IMG/VR virus record: IMGVR_UViG_3300025922_000011
Source of the DNA: an uncultured virus (IMG/VR IMGVR_UViG_3300025922_000011)
Lineage: Duplodnaviria > Heunggongvirae > Uroviricota > Caudoviricetes
DNA length: 20,000 nucleotides
Strand: one strand, 5' to 3'
The notes beneath the pieces were generated by a model. It searched no databases, had not been told where the DNA came from, and saw nothing but the letters and a program-made list of their open reading frames with translations. This document shows positions 8,314 to 16,408 of the stretch, one piece after another (position 1 is the first letter of the stretch; the number at the start of each line of letters is the position of its first letter). The position numbers were made by a program, and so were the translations under genes.

Positions 8314-8636
8314 AGAGTGTCTTGCTCGTTGAGGACGATCCGCATTCAGGGCTCGCCCTGCAGCGCTGGATCAGCCGTCTAGAATTTCAAGTGGATCTAT
8401 GCACGACCGTAGCGGAAGCAAAGCACAGGCTGACACAGAAGAATGAATACGCCGCCGTAGTGACCGACTTTCACTTGCCCGATGGAGTGGGCAGTGAGGT
8501 GGAGGAGATGGCCAAGCTCAACGGCATCCACTGTATCATCTACTCGGGTGCTGCCGATTCCGCCATGGGTCCTACCGTGATCAACAAGACAGATCTGCAT
8601 GCACTGACCCACTGGCTCTTAGAAAACGTGGACTAA
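8310..8636 (+). CDS. Stand-alone response regulator receiver (CheY-like) domain (108 aa)
   Basis: VLLVEDD, VVTDFHLPDGVG (phospho-acceptor Asp), IIYSG, terminal K; no output domain. Confidence 0.9.
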   Translation: MKSVLLVEDDPHSGLALQRWISRLEFQVDLCTTVAEAKHRLTQKNEYAAVVTDFHLPDGVGSEVEEMAKLNGIHCIIYSGAADSAMGPTVINKTDLHALTHWLLENVD

Positions 8637-8640
8637 AACC

Positions 8641-8925
8641 GTGAAGGAACCGATTGAAGAAAAATGGCAGCGCATGTTCGTCGAGCAGAAGCTCGATGCG
8701 CTGCTCAGTTTGACGATGACGATGCAGCGTTCGCTCGATCTGTGCATCGCGTACGTGCAGGCCAATGCAGCGGAAAACATAGCCAAAGCGCGACGCGAAG
8801 AGCTCGATACGCAATTCAGCAAGCTGCAGGCTGAGCGCAAGGCCAGTGAGGGCGAGCAGAAGCCCGAGGACGATATCGACACCGATCGGCCGACGAACGT
8901 ACCACATCCGGAGAGCAAGTCATGA
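8641..8925 (+). CDS. Hypothetical coiled-coil protein (94 aa)
   Basis: Fills the gap in the + operon; helical composition; ATGA overlap with next gene. Confidence 0.6.
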   Translation: MKEPIEEKWQRMFVEQKLDALLSLTMTMQRSLDLCIAYVQANAAENIAKARREELDTQFSKLQAERKASEGEQKPEDDIDTDRPTNVPHPESKS

Positions 8926-9692
8926 CGATCGATGTGCAGTACCAGACTCCACCGAATGCTCAGAATCAGATCCTGGTCATCGACCAGTTGACGCCTTCCG
9001 ATCTGGTGACGATGGCCGCGGCGCTCACTACCTCGTACCGCGCGCTGTTCTCAGCCGATCTAGCGCGTCGCGCGCTCTGCGTGTTCCTTGCACACACCGC
9101 ACTCGAAACCGGTCGCTGGCAGAAGCTACACAATTGGAACATAGGCAATGTAAAAGCGTCGCTCGCCTACAACGGCCTGGTTCAATACTTTCGCTGCAAC
9201 GAAATCATCAACGGCAAGCTCCAATGGTTTGACCCGTACAATCCGCAAACACGCTTCCGTGCATTCAAGGGACCCACGAGCGCGACCGAGCAGTACCTGC
9301 GCTTTCTCGGCATGGCCACACGCGGAGTGGGGCAACCCAATCGTTATCAAGCTGCATTCGATGCCGCTGAGAAAGGAGATGTCGTGGGGATGGTCGATGA
9401 GCTGGCGCGTGCGGGCTACTTCACCGCCAGCGTCGAGCTCTACCGGCGCGCCGTCGTTGCGCTGTTCACCGAGTATCTACGCGATCTACCGAGCACATGG
9501 CCCACCATGGAGCCCGCGCCGCGCATCGAGAGCATTGCGATCGCGCAAGAGACGAGCGGGCACAGCAAGCTCAGCAATCAAGACATCCACGACATCCTGA
9601 TGTTGCAGATCCCGCTCCAAGTCGATTGGGATGAACTCACTAAAGCTCGTGATGCAGAGATCCTCGACGCCGATCTCAACGAGATCCAATGA
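8922..9692 (+). CDS. GH73/FlgJ-like glucosaminidase/muramidase, putative endolysin (256 aa)
   Basis: ALETGRW (catalytic Glu), NWNIGNVKA, FRAF, NRY and LARAGYFTA motifs in GH73 order. Confidence 0.8.
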   Translation: MTIDVQYQTPPNAQNQILVIDQLTPSDLVTMAAALTTSYRALFSADLARRALCVFLAHTALETGRWQKLHNWNIGNVKASLAYNGLVQYFRCNEIINGKLQWFDPYNPQTRFRAFKGPTSATEQYLRFLGMATRGVGQPNRYQAAFDAAEKGDVVGMVDELARAGYFTASVELYRRAVVALFTEYLRDLPSTWPTMEPAPRIESIAIAQETSGHSKLSNQDIHDILMLQIPLQVDWDELTKARDAEILDADLNEIQ

Positions 9693-10021
9693 AGCACGAG
9701 CCCAAACAAGAACTGCGGCAAGAGCTGCACCAAGATCTCACGCTTGAAGATCGGATGCTCTTGCTCGAGCGTCAGCAGCAGAAGTTCGAGCGGCTCATGC
9801 AGAGACGCTTCGCGATGCTGCAGAACTCGGTGCTCAAGGATTTCGATCTCGCCCTGGAATACTCGCGCGCGAATCTCTCTAACCGTTGCCCATTGTCGGT
9901 GCGTCAGGATTTAGATGCCAAATGGCAAGCGCGTGAAAAACGGCGTGACTGCGAACGACAGGATGAAAAAGCAGCGCTAGAATCAGAAGAAGTCGACGAC
10001 GACGAGACCACGCAACCCTAA
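9689..10021 (+). CDS. Hypothetical charged helical protein (110 aa)
   Basis: ATGA overlap; E/Q/R/L-rich composition. Confidence 0.65.
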   Translation: MKHEPKQELRQELHQDLTLEDRMLLLERQQQKFERLMQRRFAMLQNSVLKDFDLALEYSRANLSNRCPLSVRQDLDAKWQAREKRRDCERQDEKAALESEEVDDDETTQP

Positions 10022-10029
10022 AAGCGCAA

Positions 10030-10560
10030 ATGCCTAGCAAGTCGCCGCCTCCCGATATCGTTGTGACGACCGTACCGCCCGGCCCGCGTGTGCCGAGTGG
10101 CATCGATAGGCCAACCGAACGCGTCGAGCCGAGTGACGACGAGATCATGGCGCACGCTGATCCGGTGCAGCGGCTTCTCTACAAGCGCATCAATGAGTTC
10201 AGCGATTCGGTGCTCGCTCCGGACGGCCGTATCTCGCAACTCTTGGGCTCAGCCGACAAGATCGACAAGCAACTGCCGCTCTTGAGCCGTCAGATCGGAA
10301 ACCTACAGATCCAGGTCTCGACGCTCGTCACCGATCAGCGTCAGCGCAATCACGATGACGAAGGCAACTGGAAGCTCATTCGTAGTCAGATGAGCGGGAT
10401 CCGTAACGAAGTGCAGCAGCTCAAAGAAGAGCTCGGTCAGCGCTTAGCGGCTGTCGAGAAAACACAAGAGAAACTAGCGAGCGGTGAACTAGAAATCCGC
10501 GAAGAGGTCAAGGCTCTCTGGAGCAAGCTCCAAGAACTGAGTGCGCGCAAGGACGATTAG
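10030..10560 (+). CDS. Hypothetical protein, Pro-rich N-terminus and long coiled coil (176 aa)
   Basis: Heptad pattern in the C-terminal two thirds; last gene of the + operon. Confidence 0.7.
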   Translation: MPSKSPPPDIVVTTVPPGPRVPSGIDRPTERVEPSDDEIMAHADPVQRLLYKRINEFSDSVLAPDGRISQLLGSADKIDKQLPLLSRQIGNLQIQVSTLVTDQRQRNHDDEGNWKLIRSQMSGIRNEVQQLKEELGQRLAAVEKTQEKLASGELEIREEVKALWSKLQELSARKDD

Positions 10561-11306
10561 ATCACCGGTTCGAGTAAGAGCGTGAAGTAGGCCACGTCGA
10601 TGTCGTGGCTAGAACTCACGTTACGCAAGGCCATGTTGATGACATCACCATCGGTGAGCGTGACGATGCGCAGGGCCGTCAGATCGATGACATCGGGACC
10701 ATCAGAGATGGCTTCGCGTTGAGCATAGGCGACATCGGTCGTGGTGCCGATGAGCACGCCGTTGAGATCGGGGGCGATCTCAAGCGACTCGAAGTTACCG
10801 GGCGTCCCTTCGCTGGCCCCGATCGAAGCCAGGCACCAGATCTTGTAGAGGCGATCGGGCCCGTTGTAGGTCAGAGCGGGCGAGGGAGCGGTGTACAAGA
10901 AGAGGGCGCCACCGGTGTTAGCGGGCGCCGCGTTGGTGTAATCGAAGGGCGCATTCGTTGCTTCGACCCAGGTATTCTGACTGGCGACGGTGATCGTGAA
11001 TCCAGCGTTGCCCTGCAGCTGCACCATGCCGGTGAAGATCGCGCTGGAGCTCGAGCCGCCGACGAGCGCGATCCAGCGCCCGGGGCCTGCGAGCGGAGCG
11101 ACGATGGTCTCGTCGACGGGCAGCGGATCGGCGACCGAAGTCTTGTCGAGGTAGTAGTGGCTGTGATTACTCGACACATAAACGATGGCCCCATCCATGA
11201 CGGGCGTCGTGTTGATGCCGATCAGGCAATTGCCAAGATCGGCCGCGTTGACGAAGCCTCGGGTGCCGAGGAAACGGTAGCTTGGGGGGGCGAGATATTC
11301 GACCAT
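10557..11306 (-). CDS. Spike-like protein C (249 aa): shared N-terminal anchor plus C1q/TNF-like C-terminal domain
   Basis: N-terminus LAPPSYRFL...INTTPVMDGA...LDKTS...GPGRW matches spikes A and B; C-terminus VTLTDGDVINMALRN resembles C1q/BclA-type heads; start ATG 11306. Confidence 0.75.
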   Translation of the reverse strand: MVEYLAPPSYRFLGTRGFVNAADLGNCLIGINTTPVMDGAIVYVSSNHSHYYLDKTSVADPLPVDETIVAPLAGPGRWIALVGGSSSSAIFTGMVQLQGNAGFTITVASQNTWVEATNAPFDYTNAAPANTGGALFLYTAPSPALTYNGPDRLYKIWCLASIGASEGTPGNFESLEIAPDLNGVLIGTTTDVAYAQREAISDGPDVIDLTALRIVTLTDGDVINMALRNVSSSHDIDVAYFTLLLEPVI

Positions 11307-11349
11307 GGCTGGCAGTATCGATCGGCGGGGTAGTCCCCACCAAAAACTC
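11307..11349 (-). promoter_or_regulatory. Putative leaderless promoter of spike C
   Basis: GAGTTTTTGGTG-18 nt-GATACT-7 nt-ATG. Confidence 0.65.
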
Positions 11350-11361
11350 CACCAAGCGCGT

Positions 11362-11400
11362 CTTTTGCCGCGCGGCAGTTTGACCCGTAGCATGTAAGGG
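11362..11400 (+). promoter_or_regulatory. Putative sigma70-type leaderless promoter, divergent from the spike C promoter
   Basis: TTGCCG(11365)-17 nt-TAGCAT(11388)-7 nt-GTG(11401). Confidence 0.6.
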
Positions 11401-11976
11401 GTGCACGGCGCCTTCTTTGCTCAGCTCCGACTCTTCTGCGAGGGATCCCAGCCTGATACGTGGCGCGGCATCCACGAACGCGCGGGGCTGCCTCAGATGC
11501 CCTACCTGCCGATCGCGAGCTATCCGGACGAGCGGGCCATCGCACTGTTCGAAGCGCTGGCGGCCGTCTCCGGGCTGCCGCTGGAACGCGTGCTGGACAG
11601 CTTCGGCACCTTCATCGTGTCGTCGCTCTTGAGCTATCCAGGGGTCAAGATCCCGGGTAACTGGCGCACGCTGGAGATATTGGAGCACACCGCGGAGCTC
11701 GAAGCGATGGTGCAGAAGCGGAGCGAAGCGGGCATTAAGCCACCTGTGCTGCACGTCGATCGCATCGGGCCGCTCGAAGTGAGGATCGAGTACGCTTCGG
11801 CCCTGCGCCTGTGCGGCATGGCCAAGGGGATCGTGCGGGGAATTGCCAAGAACTTCCGCGAAACCATCACGCTGCATGAGACCAGCTGCATGCTGCTCGG
11901 CGCGCCCGCGTGCGTGATTGTGGTGCGGCTACGGGGCACCACCACGACGCGCTTTCGCGCCACAAAACCGACATAG
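11401..11976 (+). CDS. Heme-NO-binding (H-NOX/HNOB)-like protein, degenerate heme site (191 aa)
   Basis: MHG start, YPD, LDSFG, KPP, YASALRLC, GIVRGIA and CMLLGAPAC motifs follow the HNOB pattern. Confidence 0.85.
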   Translation: MHGAFFAQLRLFCEGSQPDTWRGIHERAGLPQMPYLPIASYPDERAIALFEALAAVSGLPLERVLDSFGTFIVSSLLSYPGVKIPGNWRTLEILEHTAELEAMVQKRSEAGIKPPVLHVDRIGPLEVRIEYASALRLCGMAKGIVRGIAKNFRETITLHETSCMLLGAPACVIVVRLRGTTTTRFRATKPT

Positions 11977-11980
11977 AGCC

Positions 11981-12023
11981 GAGTTTTTGGGTCTAAAGGG
12001 TAGCCGTGCCACCCTGAGCGGCG
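11981..12023 (+). promoter_or_regulatory. Putative leaderless promoter of spike B
   Basis: GAGTTTTTGGGT-17 nt (ending TGC)-CACCCT-8 nt-ATG(12024). Confidence 0.65.
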
Positions 12024-14136
12024 ATGACCAACCGACTTGCCCCCCCCGGATTACCGAATACTCGCCCCGCGTGCTGTGCTGACGGGCGGATCTGATTCTC
12101 TAAGCGACATCAATACGACGCCGCTACCGGATGGTTCGCAGTGTTTCGTGACGGGAGTTCGCACCAACTTCCGGCTCGACAAGACATCAACGACGGGAGT
12201 GCTACCGAGTGGAGGACCCGGTAGCTGGTTTCCTGATGCGGGTGGCAGCGCAGCAAGTTACGTCCTGACGCCGCAGATGTTCGGGGCGGTCGCCGATGGC
12301 GTGACCGACGACACCGTCGCGATCCAAGCCGCGATCGACGCGCTTCCGACGAACACCCAAGGCTCGCCGCTTCAGTTCATGCTCTTCTTTCCTCCTGGTA
12401 GATACCTCGTGACGGACATGCTGTTGATCCAGCATCTTGCCGGTACGATCTTCTATGGTTCTGGAATGTGGGAGAGCATCATCTATTACAATGGTGCCGC
12501 GGGCAAACGTGCCATCGTCAAGGTTTACAACTGTCGCGATGTCACTTTCAAAGATCTGCAGATCACTCCGAACCTGAGCCTCCTCGCGAATGCACCCGAT
12601 CTCAGCCTGGAGATCGAGGGTGACGTGGCGGATCCCGATATCGGACCGTTGTCCTCACCCACTCGGTTCATGTGTTACCGGTGCTTCTTCTATGGTGGCC
12701 GAAAAGCTACCGTAGCTCACACGTATCCGATAGCGGGTCCATACAGCACCAACGACCAGTGCTACTTTGAAAATTGCACGATGAATGCCGCTGATGTAAA
12801 TGGGGCAGCGGCCTACTCACTGGGAAATGGTTGGGAGAGCCCGGGTCAAGTCTTCTCCAACATGAAGCGCATGACCTTCGTGCACTGCATGTTCAATGCA
12901 ATGCCGACAAACCTCACCACCTACGGGTTCCGGAGCTACGGCGGAAGCTATACGCTTCGGGATTGCGTCATCAACTTTGCATTAGGCTTCTATCAAGACC
13001 GACAAGGCGAGCAGGTTCAGCTCGACAACGTCTACTCGGAGGTGTGCGACCAGTTCATCAAATTCAAGGACTGCGGCGCTACGCCCATCAAAATTACGAG
13101 CTGCCAAGTGGATCCAACGGTCGCAACGGCCGCGGGTACCATCAACGGTGTGGACGTCACCTATCCATTCATCTTTGAGAATACGGTAGGACCCATCGAA
13201 ATCGACTCATGCCAAATCGGTACTGCCTACACGCAGCTGGCTCAGATCCGCATTGTCACCAACGGCGGCAATATCGGTGGCGAATGGTCCGTCAGCGTTC
13301 GCAACACCATCTTTAACGGGACCGCCGGCAACGGGACCGGCTCACGGTATATCGGTGGCGTGAGCGTGGATGCGATCGCAGGACGTCTCACACTCGAAGA
13401 CAACGTCTATATCGCCGAGGGTGCTGCACAGCACCTACAATATTTCCTAGACCACGACTTCAACCCCAATCAAATAACGGATCTGCAGGGCTATTGGGAC
13501 GGGCAATTCCCGGACGATGTGACCCTAAGCGGCACGGACATCATCCAGATCGCCAATCACGCGGGTACCGCGGGAGCTTCGCTCGATATCACGGATCTGG
13601 GAAATGCCGGCCAGCGACCCACGTACGATGCTGTGGCCCAACGGTTCGATTTCGATGGAACCCAATGGCTGCAGTCGGGCGCTTACGCGCTCAATCAGCC
13701 GACAACCTTCCGCATGTGCGGATTCTGGGCTGCTACAACCGCCATCAACTCAAGCTGGACCGACGGTCGCGCGCTCAACACTCGTCAGTTCAGCCTCTCC
13801 TCGCCTCTGAACTTCAATCTGATTGCGTATGCGGGCGTTCAGGTCAATACGGGCATTGGGATCACAGCTCCTGTGGGGATCACGGCACAACAAAGACTGA
13901 TCGGTGCCACCTTTGACGGTCTCAATGGATCTATCGAGTTGAATGGTTACCCGCTCACAACCGGCAACATCGGAACAGCGGCCGCCAGTGGCATCACCAT
14001 CGGTAGCCGCAACGCTGGAGCACAAGTCAGTACGGGATCCCTGTTCTGGTTCGCCATTTGGAGTCGCGATCTAACACCCGCCGAGGACGGTTGCTTAGCT
14101 GCAAGCATGCCGCACGTACGGCTCTCAGACGAATGA
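12024..14136 (+). CDS. Tailspike/spike-like protein B, frameshifted at C8 tract 12040-12047 (703 aa if C7)
   Basis: ATG 12024 gives MTNRLAPP and stops at 12093-12095; the +1 frame continues DYRILAP, collinear with paralog MTNRVAPPTYRILSP; TPQMFGAVADGVTDDTVAIQAAIDA beta-helix motif; LamG-like C-terminus. Confidence 0.85.
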
Positions 14137-14921
14137 AACTGGATTTCAAATATAAAATGGATGTCGCCAACCCGGCGGCATCCCGTGTCCTGCCGCGCGA
14201 CGTGCCCGGGCTCGTGCTCGATCTCGACGCGGATGTCGGCGTCACCTACACAGTCGGTTTAGTGCTCAGCTCATGGGCGGACCAGTCAGGCAATGGCAAC
14301 AATGCTACCCCGGGCGCAGGGTCGCTTGGGCTTGTAGGATTGCTCGAGGATGCAAGCTTTGCAGGGCATGCTTCTATTACAACCAACGGTGTCAACGATT
14401 ATCTGCTGGCCAATGGGATCGGCGGGCTTCCAGCTGGCAATCCGGGCACGGTCTTTCACCTGGTGGGGGTGGACAAGTACGTGACTCTGCCAGCGGCACA
14501 GGTGACTCAGTACTGCTGGTCAGACGTAACAATTACCAATCGTCGGATCATCAATCTATCGACCGTCAATGGTCCACAGCGACAGCTCTGTCAGCGCACC
14601 GATGACGCAGGCGGCTTCGTTCAACCTGCTGGCAGTATCACAGAGACCGCAGGCGGGGCCCACATTCATGAATATACCTGCAACGGTACCAACATCACAG
14701 TGCTGCGGGATGGTGCAGTCACCATAAACAATGCCGCTTTTGGGGCGAACCAAATCACGCCGACACGCTTCACAATTGGCGGGCGCAAACTCGGAACGAG
14801 TGCCCCGTCGCTGTTATGCAACATGTCACTTTCGCGTCTGCTTGTTTACAACAACGTGCCGAGCGCGGCCGACCAGACTTGGCTGCGCGCGTACCTCAAA
14901 GACCGCTACGAGACGCCCTAA
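14133..14921 (+). CDS. LamG/concanavalin-like domain protein B2 (262 aa), paralog of 2083-2883
   Basis: ATGA overlap at 14133-14136; VANPAASR...VPGL.LDLDADVG...WADQSG shared with A2. Confidence 0.8.
   Translation: MKLDFKYKMDVANPAASRVLPRDVPGLVLDLDADVGVTYTVGLVLSSWADQSGNGNNATPGAGSLGLVGLLEDASFAGHASITTNGVNDYLLANGIGGLPAGNPGTVFHLVGVDKYVTLPAAQVTQYCWSDVTITNRRIINLSTVNGPQRQLCQRTDDAGGFVQPAGSITETAGGAHIHEYTCNGTNITVLRDGAVTINNAAFGANQITPTRFTIGGRKLGTSAPSLLCNMSLSRLLVYNNVPSAADQTWLRAYLKDRYETP
14895..14917. repeat. Right arm of 23-bp perfect inverted repeat (partner 2040-2062)
   Basis: ctcaaagaccgctacgagacgcc, read directly from the sequence. Confidence 0.95.
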
Positions 14922-15889
14922 GACTGCGCTGGCCGCGTCGCGATCAGAAATACGGTCTGCGTGATGGCGTGATTGACGCCCGAGCCACTGACCGACTTGA
15001 GCCGCACCTGATTCCCTGGGTGTCCACCGGATGAGAGCCCACTGCCGAGACCAATGGTCGTGCCGGTGCCAGTCTCGAGCGTCACTACCGTGATGGTTCC
15101 GCTGAAGGTCGGCACAGCGCGATAGCTGACGGCAGCCGCGGCACTTGCGACTGTCGGGAAATGAAACCAATCCGTCCAATTGGTGCCATCGGGCGAACAC
15201 TGCACGACGAAGTCGAGCGAGCCACCCGCCACCGTGCCATCGGTTCCAGCCAGCGTCGCTTCGATCGCAAAGCTCTCGTAGTCATCGAGGCCCGTGACCG
15301 TTCCCATGATCTGCGCGGTCGAAGCACTGCTCTGACTTGTCGCGATCGTGCCGGTCAGCGTCGAGCGAACACTCTCGATCTTCTTGACGATCGGAAAGCT
15401 ATTTGCCCGAGCCTGAAGCCCCATCGTGATCGTGATGGTGCCGTCGGTGATCTTGTTGAACATCGCCCGGCTAGCGACGTCGGCCGTGGGCATCGTGTTG
15501 GTGCCATCGGTCAGCTTGATCGGCCACGCGCTAGCGAGCGCCGCAGCGGTGCCCTGATTGGCCGTCACGGTACCGGAGACGACCCAGGGGCTTGTGCTCT
15601 GAGTCGCAGCGACCGTACCGGACACAACCCAAGGGCTGGTGCCTTGCGTGACGGCGCCCGAGATGACCCAAGGACTGGTCCCTTGCGTGACGGCGCCCGA
15701 AATCACCCAAGGACTCGTGCCCTGATTGGCCGTGACGGTGCCAGAGACGACCCAAGGGCTGGTACCCTGCGTCACCGAGCCGGAGATGATCCAGGGGCTT
15801 GTGCCTTGGTCTACGGTCACGTCGCCGATGACGACAGCCGAGGTTGCAACGGGATTGACGCGAGGGGTGCCGCGGCCTTGGCCACTCAT
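14918..15889 (-). CDS. Fibre-like protein with QGTSPW repeats and C-terminal beta-rich head (323 aa)
   Basis: Start ATG 15889 follows the promoter motif; six tandem repeats; C-terminal VVQCSPDGTNW motif. Confidence 0.75.
   Translation of the reverse strand: MSGQGRGTPRVNPVATSAVVIGDVTVDQGTSPWIISGSVTQGTSPWVVSGTVTANQGTSPWVISGAVTQGTSPWVISGAVTQGTSPWVVSGTVAATQSTSPWVVSGTVTANQGTAAALASAWPIKLTDGTNTMPTADVASRAMFNKITDGTITITMGLQARANSFPIVKKIESVRSTLTGTIATSQSSASTAQIMGTVTGLDDYESFAIEATLAGTDGTVAGGSLDFVVQCSPDGTNWTDWFHFPTVASAAAAVSYRAVPTFSGTITVVTLETGTGTTIGLGSGLSSGGHPGNQVRLKSVSGSGVNHAITQTVFLIATRPAQS
15557..15808 (-). repeat. Six coding tandem repeats of 39/45 nt (13,15,13,13,15,15 aa)
   Basis: Q[GS]TSPW[VI][VI]SG[TAS]V[TA](AN/AT) units, variation mostly synonymous. 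Confidence 0.95.
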
Positions 15890-15934
15890 AGCCGCAGAGC
15901 CTAACAGCGGGGCCCATCGGGACCCAAAAAGCTC
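15890..15934 (-). promoter_or_regulatory. Putative leaderless promoter of the fibre gene
   Basis: GAGCTTTTTGGGT-18 nt (ending TGT)-TAGGCT-8 nt-ATG. Confidence 0.65.
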
Positions 15935-15939
15935 GCATC

Positions 15940-15985
15940 GAGTTCTTGCCGCCCTGCCGCCCGCTCTGCGACAATGGCCTCGGTA
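15940..15985 (+). promoter_or_regulatory. Putative divergent promoter
   Basis: GAGTTCTTGCCG-18 nt (ending TGC)-GACAAT-10 nt-ATG(15986). Confidence 0.55.
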
Positions 15986-16408
15986 ATGGCCGAAGCTTTG
16001 ATTGCCCGTACCCCGCGTCAGCAGGGCGTTGCCGTCCTGGACACCGAGAGCACCATCCACTTCGCCGTGGGCCTCGGGGCGGGCATTGCGGGCGTCGATC
16101 CCAAGATGGCGCTGCTCGGCGCTCTGCTGGCCGAGGCGGTCGTCGAGGTCGTCAAGGCGCAGAGCACCAAGGCCCTGTTCCAGCCGGGGCACGGGCAGAG
16201 CAAGATCAACGAAATCTTCGACCTATTGACCCTCACCCTGGGCGCCTACCTCGGCAAAGCCATCCGTGAGCACGCAAAAGAGCCAACGGCCGCCGCGCTC
16301 GCACCGGTGACCGAGCCCGTCACAGGCCTGGGTAACCCCGGTAAGCTCATCGGCATCCGGCAGGATCCGCGCACGGGCCGCTGGGAATTCATCGAAGCAG
16401 CGGCATGA
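15986..16408 (+). CDS. Small membrane protein (about 140 aa)
   Basis: Hydrophobic segments HFAVGLGAGIAG, MALLGALLAEAVV and LLTLTLGAYLG; ATG 15986 preferred over 15974 because the latter overlaps the putative -10. Confidence 0.7.
   Translation: MAEALIARTPRQQGVAVLDTESTIHFAVGLGAGIAGVDPKMALLGALLAEAVVEVVKAQSTKALFQPGHGQSKINEIFDLLTLTLGAYLGKAIREHAKEPTAAALAPVTEPVTGLGNPGKLIGIRQDPRTGRWEFIEAAA

Noticed and set aside
11993..12000. ctaaaggg shared between the spike B promoter and the A2 stop region (minus strand 2079-2086)
   Set aside because: An 8-nt match is expected by chance in 20 kb
2036..14921. DGR template/variable repeat pair
   Set aside because: Mismatches between the two 42-nt copies are not confined to adenines, the repeat is short, and no reverse transcriptase is in the window
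2083..14921. Cassettes A and B as a recent large inverted duplication or shufflon
   Set aside because: Apart from the 23-bp arm, similarity is at protein level with many synonymous differences; no invertase seen
15557..15808. CRISPR array
   Set aside because: Units are contiguous in-frame coding repeats without unique spacers; no cas genes
15890..16192. N-terminal 101 aa of the 424-aa ORF 14918..16192
   Set aside because: Antisense to the membrane protein gene and spans the divergent promoters; ATG 15889 fits better
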